Assembly: GCA_038087875.1 (NCBI GenBank)
Contig: CM075996.1
Span: forward strand, 7,442,001-7,506,000
DNA from: Malacoraja senta
Lineage: Eukaryota
Reading direction: 5' to 3'
Length of the DNA stretch: 64,000 nucleotides
The notes beneath the pieces were generated by a model. That model was not told the origin of the DNA and made no database searches. It saw only the letters and a list, made by a program, of their open reading frames with translations. The position numbers and the translations under genes are program-made. Shown here one piece after another: positions 28,099 through 38,785 of the stretch (position 1 is the first letter of the stretch; each line of letters starts with the position of its first letter).

Positions 28099-28219
28099 GG
28101 ATTCTTTAACTATTGGGATTTAGAAATACAGCACGGAAACTAGCTCTTTGGCCTGCCGAGTCCGCCGAGACCAGAAATCACTCCGTACACTGACACTGAC
28201 ACACACACACACGCACGCA

Positions 28220-28318
<99 letters not shown>

Positions 28319-29029
28319 GCACGCACACACACACACACGCACACACTAGGGCCAATTTACAATTGTACCAAAGCCAATTACTCTACAAACCTGCACGTCT
28401 GTGGAGTGTGGGAGGAAACTGGAGCATCCGGAGAGAACCCACGCGGTCAATAGACAATAGACAATAGGTGCAGGAGTAGGCCATTCGGCCCTTCGAGCCA
28501 GCACCGCCATTCAATGTGATCATGGCTGATCATCCCCAAACAGTACCCCGTTCCTGCCTTCTCCCCATATCCCCTGACTCCGCTATTTTTAAGAGCCCTA
28601 TCTAGCTCTCTCTTGAAAGTATCCAGAGAACCTGCCTCCACCTCCCTCTGAGGCAGAGAATTCCACAGACTCACAACTCTCTGTGAGAATGTACAAACTC
28701 TGCACAGACAGCACCCGTGGTCAGGATCGAACCCTGGCCCCTGTCGTTGTAAGGCAGCAACTCTACCGCTGTGCCGCCGCGACACAACATTGAGTCTGAA
28801 GAAGGGTCTCGACCTGAAACGTCGCCCATTCCTCCTCTCCAGAGATGCTGCCTCACCCGCTGAGTTACTCCAGCATTTTGTGTCTACCTTCGATTTAAAC
28901 CAGCATCTGCAGTTCTTTCTTACTGCATTGTTTATGATCGCTACTCTCTTGATTGATTGAATTGATCGAAAGTTACAGCATGGAAACAGGTCCTCTGGCC
29001 CACCAAGTCCACACTGACCATCGATCAGC

Positions 29030-29637
29030 CAAGTCAAGTCAAGTCAAGTTCAAGTGAGTTTATTGTCATGTGCCCCTGATAGGACAATGAAAATCTTGCT
29101 TTGCTTCAGCACAACAGAACATAGTAGGCATTGACTACAAAACAGATCAGTGTGTCCATATACCATAATATAAATATATACACACATGAATAAATAAACT
29201 GATAAAGTGCAGATAACAGATAATGGGTTATTAATAATCAGAGTTTTGACCGAGCTGAGTTTAATAGCCTGATGGCTGTGGGGGAGTAGCTATTCCTGAA
29301 CCTGGTCGTTGCAGTCTTCAGGCTCCTGTACCTTCTACCTGAAGGTAGCAGGGTGTTGAGTGTGTGGCCAGGATGGTGTGGGTCCTTGATGATACTGCCA
29401 GCCTTTTTGAGGCAGCGACTGCGATAGATCCCCTCGATGGAAGGGAGGTCAGAGCCGATGATGGATTGGGCAGTGTTTACTACTTTTTGTAGTCTTTTCC
29501 TCTCCAGGGCGTTCAAGTTGCCGAACCAAGCCACGATGCAACCAGTCAGCATGCTCTCTACTGTGCACCTGTAGAAGTTAGAGAGAGTCCTCCTTGACAA
29601 ACCGACTCTCCGTAATCTTCTCAGGAAGTAGAGGCGC
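29030..29637 (-). mobile_element. Rex1/Babar-clade LINE 3' fragment (others at ~21390-21860, 23900-24200, 34700-35130)
   Basis: FYRCTVESMLTGCIVAWFGN...DPHHPGH...LLPSGRRYRSL...TTRFRNSYSPTAIRLLN with a short tandem-repeat tail. Confidence 0.8.
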
Positions 29638-31115
29638 CATTCACACTAGTTCCTCTATTATCCCACTTTCTCATCCACTCCCTACACACTAGGAGCAATT
29701 TTACAGAGGGCCAATTCACCTAAGAACCCTCTCTCTCCATCCCTCCCACACCCAAGTCGTACTAGCTTCACAGTCGTCTTGTTGATTCTCATTGTCTGTA
29801 ACTCGTTTTCACCGAGCCCATATCTACCAGTGGCCTGTTTCCTTAATCATCGGTACTTTTTGCATCTCTTTCATTCATTTGTTCTGTACCTCTACATATC
29901 ACCGTCTATATCTCTCGGTTCCCTTTCCCCTGACTCTCAGTCTGAAGAAGGGTCTCGACCCGAAATGTCACCTATCCACGTTTTCCAGGGATGTTGCCTG
30001 ACCCGCTGAGTTACTCCAGCACTGTGGTTTTATTTGGAAAGAAATAAGGGATTGAGTCCAATAGGATTGTCCTGAAAGCATCTGGTTGGGTGAAAAGGCC
30101 TTCTTCTATGTTGTAAAGAAAGATGGATTGGTAGACATTAGCTCCTCCAGTGACGATCCAAGATTTATTTGTGGTCTCCAGTCCCTGTTGTAATTCAACC
30201 CTTTCATAGTTAAACATCAAGGAGATTAACACATCAGTGGACTGTTTATCATTAGCAGTCTTATCCCCAAGAAGTACTCAGTGTATTCTTAAAGGATTTC
30301 AAACACGACATTTAGTTTAGTTTAGAAATACACACGGAAACAGGCCCTTCGGCCCACCGAGTCCGTGCTGACCAGCGATCACCCCGTACACTAGCATTAT
30401 CCTACACACGAGGGACAATTTACAATTTTTAACAAAGCCAATTAACCTACAAACCTGCCTGGCTTTGGAATGTGGGAGGAAACTGGAGCACCCGGAAAAA
30501 AAACCCACACGGTCCCGGGGAGATCGTGCAAACTCCGCACAGACAGCACAAGTAGTCAGGATCGAATCCTGGTCTCTGGCTCTGTAAGGCAGCAACTGTA
30601 CCACTGTGCCGCCCTGAATTTGGCCTCACCTCATACCCCGATAGCAGGGAATATTGAAACTAAGGACGTAGTAATCAGGACATATAGTCTTGTCAGCCCC
30701 TCGGGCCATGATACTGAGTCGATTAGACACAAAATGCTGGTGTAACTCAGCGGGACAGGCAGCATCTCTGGCGAGAAGGAACGGCTGACGTTTCGGGTCA
30801 AGTCCCTTCTTCAGACCAGAATGGTCGGGTCTGAAGAAGGGTCGTGACCCGAAACATAGAAACATAGAAAATAGGTGGAGGTGGAGGCCATTCGGCCCTT
30901 CGAGCCAGCACCGCCTTTCATTGTGATCATGGCTGATCGTCCCCAATCAATAACCCGTGCCTGCCTTCTCCCCATATCCCTTGATTCCACTAGCCCCTAG
31001 AGCTCTATCTAACTCTCTCGTCATCCATTCCTTCTCTCCAGAGATGCTGCCTGTCCCGCTGAGATACTCCAGCATTTTGCGACGATCGTCGGTTTAAACC
31101 AGCATCTGCAGTTCC

Positions 31116-31342
31116 TGTGGTATTATGGAATAATAGAGTAAGGAATGCCTTTATTCTGCTGCCAGTGGTCAGGCTGCAGTGACAGCATCCGGCCTGAAGG
31201 TGGGGCTGTGGGCGTAACCGGAGAGAGGCCTAGCAGCGGGGCCTGGGGATGCAGCACGAGGCAGCTGCTGTAGTGAGTTGCTAAATAAAGACAGACTCCG
31301 ATTACGTCGTTGTACGAGCCTCATTATAAGAATAATTCGATA
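31116..31342 (+). repeat. 5' LTR
   Basis: TGTGGTATT...AATTCGATA, direct repeat of 34103-34329, contains AATAAA. Confidence 0.95.
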
Positions 31343-31360
31343 TGGTGTCAGAAACGGGAT
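31343..31360 (+). other. Primer-binding site (tRNA-Leu-like)
   Basis: TGGTGTCAGAAACGGGAT directly after the 5' LTR, largely complementary to the recalled vertebrate tRNA-Leu 3' end (ATCCCACTTCTGACACCA). Confidence 0.75.
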
Positions 31361-31438
31361 ACTTGTAAGCGAAAAAAAAAAAAGAAGAAGTGGAAAGTGT
31401 ATCGTTTTGGCGGAGAAAGGTGAGATGAGCTGGCAGAT

Positions 31439-33991
31439 ATGGCGCAACCTACACCAACTGCTACGTTCACAATACAACCTCCAGAGCCATTCGATTTTAC
31501 CAAGCCTCAAGAATGGGAGCGTTGGATCAGGAGATTCGACCGCTTTCGGCTTGCAAGCAACTTAAACGCAACGTCGGAAGAAAACCAGGTGAACACGTTA
31601 GTGTACTGCATGGGTGATGAAGCCGAAGATGTGCTAAAGGGGCTAACGCTAACTGCAGATGAGAGGAAGGTGTACACGGATGTTAAGGCTGGCTTTGATG
31701 CATTTTTTGTGCCTAAAAAGAATGTAATCTACGAAAGAGCCAAGTTCAATCAGCGTGTGCAACTGCCAGAAGAAACGGTGGATTCCTTCATCACTGCTCT
31801 ATACGGATTAGCTGAACACTGCAACTATGGACAGTTACAGAACGAGCTGATCCGCGACAGGTTAGTGGTCGGGCTGAGAAACGTCTCATTGTCAGAAAAG
31901 CTACAGCTAGACAGAGACCTAACCCTTGGAACTGCGATAACAAAGACAAGGCAGTCTGAAGAAGTTAGACGACAGCGGTCTGACTTAAGAGGAGAAAATG
32001 GCGGTGCTAGCAAGTGCTCAAATGTTGATGCTGTGCATGCTAAAAGCTACAGAAAACCCAAATTTCCCTCAAAGCCTCAGCCACAAGCACAAACACCAGG
32101 CAAAAATAAACTTAATATACGGCCACAGCCAGGTTCAAAGGCCTGTTATAGATGTGGAAAAATGCCCTCGCATGGAAAATGGGAATGCCCTGCTAAAGAT
32201 GCTGTGTGTCACAACTGTGGCAAAAAGGGACATTATGGCAAAGTGTGCAGAAACAGTGCTTTAAAGATCTCTGCTGATGCTTCTTCCTTTGGCCTGGGGG
32301 CAGTCCTGCTGCAGAAGAGCGATGCCATGTGGTCACCTGTGGCATATGCGTCCAGGTCAATGACGCCAACAGAGCAGCGCTATGCTCAAGTAGAGAAGGA
32401 GGCATTGGCTGCAACGTGGGCATGTGAAAGGTTCAGCTGTTTCATCCTGGGAAGACCATTCGAGCTGGAAACTGACCATAAGCCGTTGGTGAGTCTGCTG
32501 GGAAGGAAAGCTTTGGATGACCTCCCACCAAGAATCCAAAGATTTAGGATGAGACTCATGAGGTACAACTATACAGTCAATCATGTCCCTGGCAAAAGCC
32601 TGTGGACAGCCGACACCTTATCTCGTGCTCCTCTGAGAGCCGCAAGAGCACACACAGACATAAGCCTATTAGAGGACACCAACATCTATGTAGACTCTGT
32701 CATCAGCAACATTCCTGTCAGTGGAGATTATCTGAGCAGCCTACGTGAGCACCTGAAGGCAGACAGCACATGCTCTGCACTGATGGAGTACTGCACAGAC
32801 GGGTGGCCCGACAAAAGCCAACTGCAGGGAGTGCTGAGACATTACTGGGCTGATAGAGCAGTGCTGACTGTGCACGATGGGCTGCTGCTGCGGGGCACGA
32901 GACTCGTCATCCCAACAGCCTTACAAGGTGATGTGCTGCAGAGACTACATGAGGGACACCTGGGGGTGACAAAGTGCAGGGGCCGGGCCAAACAGACGGT
33001 ATGGTGGCCAGGACTCAGCAGCCAGCTGAATGACATGGTGCTGAAATGTAGAACCTGCATCCAAGAGAGAAGGAACGTCAAAGAGCCGCTGATGCCAACG
33101 GAGATGCCAGACAGGCCTTGGCAAACCTTGGGAGCTGACCTGTTCACGCTGAAAAACAAGACTTATCTACTAGTAGTAGATTATTTCTCAAGGTATGTGG
33201 AAGTTGCGCTGCTGACACACACAAGGTCCACAGATGTGGTGGTGCACCTGAAATCCATGTTTTGTCGTCATGGAATTGGGGAATTTCTTAAAAGTGACAA
33301 TGGGCCCCAGTTCTCAGGTAGCCACTTTAAAGCCTTTGCAGCAGAGTATGGCTTTGTGCACATCACGAGCAGCCCCAAGTTTCCTCAGAGCAATGGGGAG
33401 GCGGAACGCGCTGTACAAACCGTGAAAAACCTGCTAACAAAGGCATCAGACCCATATCTTGCATTGCTGGCCTACAGAGCAACCCCTCTACAGAACGGCT
33501 ATAGCCCGGCCGAGCTGTTGATGGGGCGCCGCCTCCGCACTACAGTTCCTGCCCTTCCAACCCTGCTGAATCCAGTTTTGCCTGACTACAACGCGCTGGG
33601 GGCCAAAGAAAGGGAGAAGAGGAGGAACGACGCAAGATCCTTCGACAAGAGGCACGGAGCGAGAAACCTGGAGCCACTCGTACCTGGGGAGGATGTGTGG
33701 ATCACCGATGCACGAGTCCAGGGCACAGTGCTATCTACACACAACACCCCTCGCTCTTATATCGTCCAGGTGCCTCAGGGCACACTGAGGAGGAACCGGC
33801 ATCACTTGGTGCCGCTGCAGACCAACAGTGGGGTAGTCGATGCTGATGAGCCACCGGTGGGAGAAGATTCACCTACACCAGAGCCAGCTCCACCAGTGAC
33901 AACATCACCCAGCAGAGAGGGCCCCACCACAGAGCCTGTGCGGACCAGGTGTGGGAGAGAGGTTAGAAAGCCGCAGAGACTTGATTGGTGA
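31439..33991 (+). CDS. Gypsy Gag-RNase H-integrase fusion polyprotein (850 aa; no protease or RT)
   Basis: Gag with zinc knuckles (CYRCGKMPSHGKWEC, CHNCGKKGHYGKVC) runs directly into RNase H (ISADASSFGLGAVLLQ...EKEALA...TDHKPL), then integrase HHCC (HEGHLG...CRTC) and DDE motifs (ADLF, SDNGPQF, NGEAER). Confidence 0.92.
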   Translation: MAQPTPTATFTIQPPEPFDFTKPQEWERWIRRFDRFRLASNLNATSEENQVNTLVYCMGDEAEDVLKGLTLTADERKVYTDVKAGFDAFFVPKKNVIYERAKFNQRVQLPEETVDSFITALYGLAEHCNYGQLQNELIRDRLVVGLRNVSLSEKLQLDRDLTLGTAITKTRQSEEVRRQRSDLRGENGGASKCSNVDAVHAKSYRKPKFPSKPQPQAQTPGKNKLNIRPQPGSKACYRCGKMPSHGKWECPAKDAVCHNCGKKGHYGKVCRNSALKISADASSFGLGAVLLQKSDAMWSPVAYASRSMTPTEQRYAQVEKEALAATWACERFSCFILGRPFELETDHKPLVSLLGRKALDDLPPRIQRFRMRLMRYNYTVNHVPGKSLWTADTLSRAPLRAARAHTDISLLEDTNIYVDSVISNIPVSGDYLSSLREHLKADSTCSALMEYCTDGWPDKSQLQGVLRHYWADRAVLTVHDGLLLRGTRLVIPTALQGDVLQRLHEGHLGVTKCRGRAKQTVWWPGLSSQLNDMVLKCRTCIQERRNVKEPLMPTEMPDRPWQTLGADLFTLKNKTYLLVVDYFSRYVEVALLTHTRSTDVVVHLKSMFCRHGIGEFLKSDNGPQFSGSHFKAFAAEYGFVHITSSPKFPQSNGEAERAVQTVKNLLTKASDPYLALLAYRATPLQNGYSPAELLMGRRLRTTVPALPTLLNPVLPDYNALGAKEREKRRNDARSFDKRHGARNLEPLVPGEDVWITDARVQGTVLSTHNTPRSYIVQVPQGTLRRNRHHLVPLQTNSGVVDADEPPVGEDSPTPEPAPPVTTSPSREGPTTEPVRTRCGREVRKPQRLDW

Positions 33992-34102
33992 TTTATTGAT
34001 TTATTTGATCAGGGACAGGTCTTTCAGCAAAAGGGCAGAATAAACCCCTTAAGACCTGCAGAGACAAAGGTAGTCCACCCTTTGTTCTCAAAGAAAGGGA
34101 GA

Positions 34103-34329
34103 TGTGGTATTATGGAATAATAGAGTAAGGAATGCCTTTATTCTGCTGCCAGTGGTCAGGCTGCAGTGACAGCATCCGGCCTGAAGGTGGGGCTGTGGGC
34201 GTAACCGGGGAGAGGCCTAGCAGCAGGGCCCGGGGATGCAGCACGAGGCAGCTGCTGTAGTGAGTTGCTAAATAAAGACAGACTCCGATTACGTCGTTGT
34301 ACGAGCCTCATTATAAGAATAATTCGATA
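34103..34329 (+). repeat. 3' LTR
   Basis: Direct repeat of 31116-31342, immediately preceded by the PPT. Confidence 0.95.
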
Positions 34330-37300
34330 GTTCCTTCCTACAACATACTGAGCTTGGGTTCCTTGTCTACCCTTGTGAAGGGTGATTGCAGCAGTAACTG
34401 AACCTTTACGTATTTGCCTGGAATACCAGGGATAATCCGGATAACACTGAACCGTGGGCCAGGCAGATCTTCGTAACTCATATCCTTCTGTGGCCTTAAT
34501 CGCATTGCACAACACTAACCACATAGTTCAGCTGCATTCCACTCCGCCAGGTGATTACTGACTTCATGGCTACCTGACCATGACCTTGAGAAACGCAAGC
34601 TCTTTGATTAACTGGAAGAGCTCCACAGATCTCCCGGTTTGGGATGTTTACATGCCTTTGCGGCTAAAGGGACCGTTTTCTTGGGTTACTTCAAGATTCA
34701 AGATTCAATAGATTTAAGAGTGTTTATTGTCATGTGTTCCAGATAGGACAATGAAATTCTTGCTTTGCTTCAGCACAACAGAAAATAGTAGGCATGAATA
34801 AATACTGAACAGATCAGTGTGTCCATATACCATTGTATATATATATATACACACATAAATAAGCAGATAAAGTGCAATAGGTTATTAAAGTTCAGATTTT
34901 TGTTTGAGTTGAGTTTAATAGCCTGATGGCTGTGGGGAAGTAGCTATTCCTGAACCTGGTTGTTGCAGTCTTCAGGCTCCTGTACCTTCTACCTGAAGGT
35001 AGAGGGGAGATGAGTGTGTGGCCAGGATGGTGTGGGTCCTTGCTGATACTGCCAGCCTTTTTGAGGCAGCGACTGCGATTGATCCCCTCGATGGTAGGGA
35101 GGTCAGAGCCGATGATGGACTGGGCAGTGCCTCGGAGAAGCTTCCGCGGAGCGCTGCACGGCCGTGTTGGTGCGGCCCCGGGCCACTGCCGCGGAGCCGA
35201 TCACGTTGATAAGTTCCGAAGAGATAGGAGCAGAATTAGGCTGTTCGACCCATCAAGTCTACTTCACCATTCGATCATGGCTGATCTATCGTTCCCTCTC
35301 AACCCCATTCTCCTGCCTTCTCCCCATAACTCCTGACACCCGTACTACTCTGCTATTCAATCATGGCTGATCTATCTCTTGCTCCTAACTCCATTCTCCT
35401 GCCTTCTCCCCATAACCCCTGACACCCGTACTAATCAAGAATCCATCTATCTCTGCCTTAAAAATATCCACTGACTTGGCCTCCACAACCGTCTCTGGCA
35501 AAGAATTCCACAGATTCACCACCCTCTGACTGAAGAAATTCCTCCTCGTCTCCTTCCTAAAGGAATGACCTTTAATTCTGAGGCTGTGACCTCTGGTCCT
35601 AGACTCTGCCACTAGTGGAAGCATCCTCTCCACATCCACTCTATCCAGGCCTTTCACTATTCAAGACCGGACTTGGCCGGCGGTCAGCGGGAACGAGGAC
35701 GGGCGATGCCAAGGACGGACAAGGACCGCGCTGAGAGCGAGGGACAAGGACCCCGAGGGCAACGACAACAAAGACCTGAGAACGAAGGCGCAAATGGCCA
35801 CGTGTGGTGGAAGCCCCGGAGCCCTGAAGACCGGAGAATCGTGCAGGGAGCTGCTGGCGGCAACGGACGCGTGTGGTGGGTTGGCAGGAGAGGGAGTATT
35901 GCCTCCAGCGCCTTCAAGGTCGGCTGCAGGAGGCGCACATCTGTTTGCGCGCTGTCTCTCTAAAGTAAAGTCTAACGAAAAGAAAAAGCCTGCTACCAAT
36001 TGAAGCTGATTGATATGAAGACTGTGTAGATTCAGCGTGGAAACAGGCCCTTCGGCCCAACTTGCCCACTCTGGCCAACATGTCTCAGCTACACTAGTCC
36101 CACCTGCCCGCGTTTGGCTCATATCCCTCTAAACCTGTCCTATCCAAGTACCTGTCTAAAGGGCCTGTCCCACTTGGCTGTCATTTACGCGACATCATTT
36201 ACGTGGCATGACGCGCACGGGACGCACGCATGGCGCGTGGTGGCGTAGGCAGTGACGCATGGTCGTGCGCGGCGCCCCAGCATTTTGGGATTCACTAAAT
36301 CTTCGTGCGCCACCTGCGTGACGCGTAAATGATGCCAGGAGGTAAATTACCCCTCAGATTCCTATTAAATCTGGGATGGCAGGACTTGCATATGAAGAAA
36401 GACTGGATAGACTCGGCTTGTACTCGCTAGACTTTAGAAGATTGAGGGGGGATCTTATAGAAACTTACAAAATCTTAAGGGGTTGGACAGGCTAGATGCA
36501 GGAAGATTGTTCCCGATGTTGGGGAAGTCCAGAACAAGGGGTCACAGTCTAAGGATGAGGGGGAAGTCTTTTAGGACCGAGATGAGAATTTTTTTTTTCA
36601 CACAGTGAGTGGTGAATCTGTGGAATTCTCTGCCACAGAAAGTAGGTGAGGCCAGTTCATTGGCTATATTTAAGAGGGAGTTAGATGTGGCCCTTGTTGC
36701 TAAAGGGATCAGGGGGTATGGAGAGGAGGCAGGTACAGGATACTGAGTTGGATGATCAGCCATGATCATATTGAAGGCTCGAAGGGCCGAATGGCCTACT
36801 CCTGTACCTATTTTCTATGTTTCTATGTAAACCTACGTTCTCTGGTCCTCGATTCCCCCACTCTGGGCAAGAGACTCTGTGCATCAAGCAGATCTATTCT
36901 TCCGATCTGTTAATTTTTTAATATGAATCAGCAACGTCCAAGTACAAGTGGACATCCTGTTTGAGAAAGCACTCATCTGACTCAAGAACTGAGAGATAGT
37001 GTTATAGTCAAGAATGTTCAGCTTGAGTGAGGCAAAGTGTTCTTGTGGGATTGATAGTGATAAATATGAACGGTTGGCAATGCAGGAGTCATGTTTCAGG
37101 GTACATCCATCAGCTGGTACTGTGAACTGGAACTTTTAGTTCTAAGCCTCATACATTGGAGTCTAATGTTGCTGGAATGGATGGGAAGGAACTGCAGATC
37201 ATAAGGTCATAAGGATTGGAGTAGAATTAGGCCATTTGGCTCATCAAGACTACTTCACTTAGATTCCTTTATTGTCATTCAGACCTTTCGGTCTGAACGA

Positions 37301-38557
37301 AATTTCGTTGCCTGCAGTCATACATATAATAAATAACAAAACACACAATAAACACAATTCACCATTCAATCATGGCTGATCTATCTCTCCCTCTCTCCTA
37401 ACCCCATTCACCTGCCTTCTCCCCGTGTTGGTTTACACCGAAGATAGACACAAAATGCTGGGGTAACTCAGCGGGACAGGCATCATCTCTGGTTATGAAG
37501 GAACGGGTGGCGTTTCGGGGTCGAGACCCTTCGTCAGACAGAAAGGTCTCGACCCGGAATGTCACCCTTTCCTTCTCTCCAGAGACGCTGCCTGTCCCGA
37601 TGAGTTACTCCAGCATTTTGTGTCTATCTTCATTGTTAGAATGGAGATCTTTCTCGCATACAGAATAGTGAAAGGCTTGGATAGAGTGGATGTGGAGAGG
37701 ATGTTTCCACTAGTGGGAGAGTCCAGGACTAGAGGTCACAGCCTCAGAATAAAAGGATGTTCATTTAGGAAGGAGATGAGGAGAAATTTCTTTAGTCAGA
37801 GGGTGGTGAATCTGCGGAATTCTTTGCCACAGAAGGCTGTGGAGGCCAAGTCAGTGGATATTTTTAAGGCAGAGACAGATACATTCTTGATTAGTACGGG
37901 TGTCAGAGGTTATGGGGAGAAGGCAGGAGAATGAGGTTAGGAGGGAGAGATAGATCAGTCATGATTGAATAGCAGAGTAGGCATGATGGGCCGAATGGCC
38001 TAATTCTACTCCTATTCCTTATGACCTTATGAGAGAAGCCCTTGATTATATCGTGTCCAAAGCTCTACTCCTGCATTAATCCCATTGTATTCCCCTCACG
38101 TCCTCATCAACCCCTTGATTCTGCCACTCGCTACCCACCAGGGGGCAACCTACAGCGGGCCCATTAACCCACTGTTAACCCACCAATCTTTGGGAGGTGG
38201 AGGAACAAAATACGTCGCGTCAAGCTGGACAGGGTGCAGAGAAGATTGACGAGGATGTTGCCTGGACTCGAGGGCCCGAGCTATGGGGCAAGGTTGAGCG
38301 GGCCATGACTCTATTCCTTGGAGCGCAGGAGGATGAGGAGTGATGTTCTAATACGATCATGAGAGAAATAGATAGGCAGCATCTTTTACCAGAGTTGGGG
38401 AATCCAGAACCACAGGTCGTAGGTTTAAGGTGAGGGGGGGGGGGGGGGAAGCCTTAATAGGAACTTGAGGGGCAACCTTTTTCACACAAAGGGTGGTGGG
38501 TGTACGGAATGAGGTGCCGGAGGAGGTAGTTGAGGCAGGGACTATCAAAACGTTTAA

Positions 38558-38785
38558 AGGGCCTGTCCCACTTTCACGACCTAGTTCACGACCTTTTTTA
38601 CTCGTGGACATTTTTCATCATGCCAGAAAAACGCCCCCACCTACTTGATGCCACGAGTACCTACGACTAGCATCACGGCCTACCTACGACCTACCTACGG
38701 CCTCGTGATGACCATGCTGCGAGTATGAGTCAAGGGCAAACTCGGCAGAGGTTGTGAATAAGGTCGTGAAAGTGGGACAGGCCTT
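38558..38785. mobile_element. PIF/Harbinger-type MITE inserted in a CR1 fragment
   Basis: TIR GGCCTGTCCCACTTTCACGACCT, TAA TSD. Confidence 0.8.

Larger units (their letters stand above)
31116..34329 (+). mobile_element. Ty3/Gypsy LTR retrotransposon, internally deleted, recent insertion
   Basis: Two 227-bp LTRs differing at 3 transitions by my count; 5-bp TSD GTTCC (31111-31115, 34330-34334); PBS at 31343; PPT AAAGAAAGGGAGA at 34090-34102. Confidence 0.95.
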
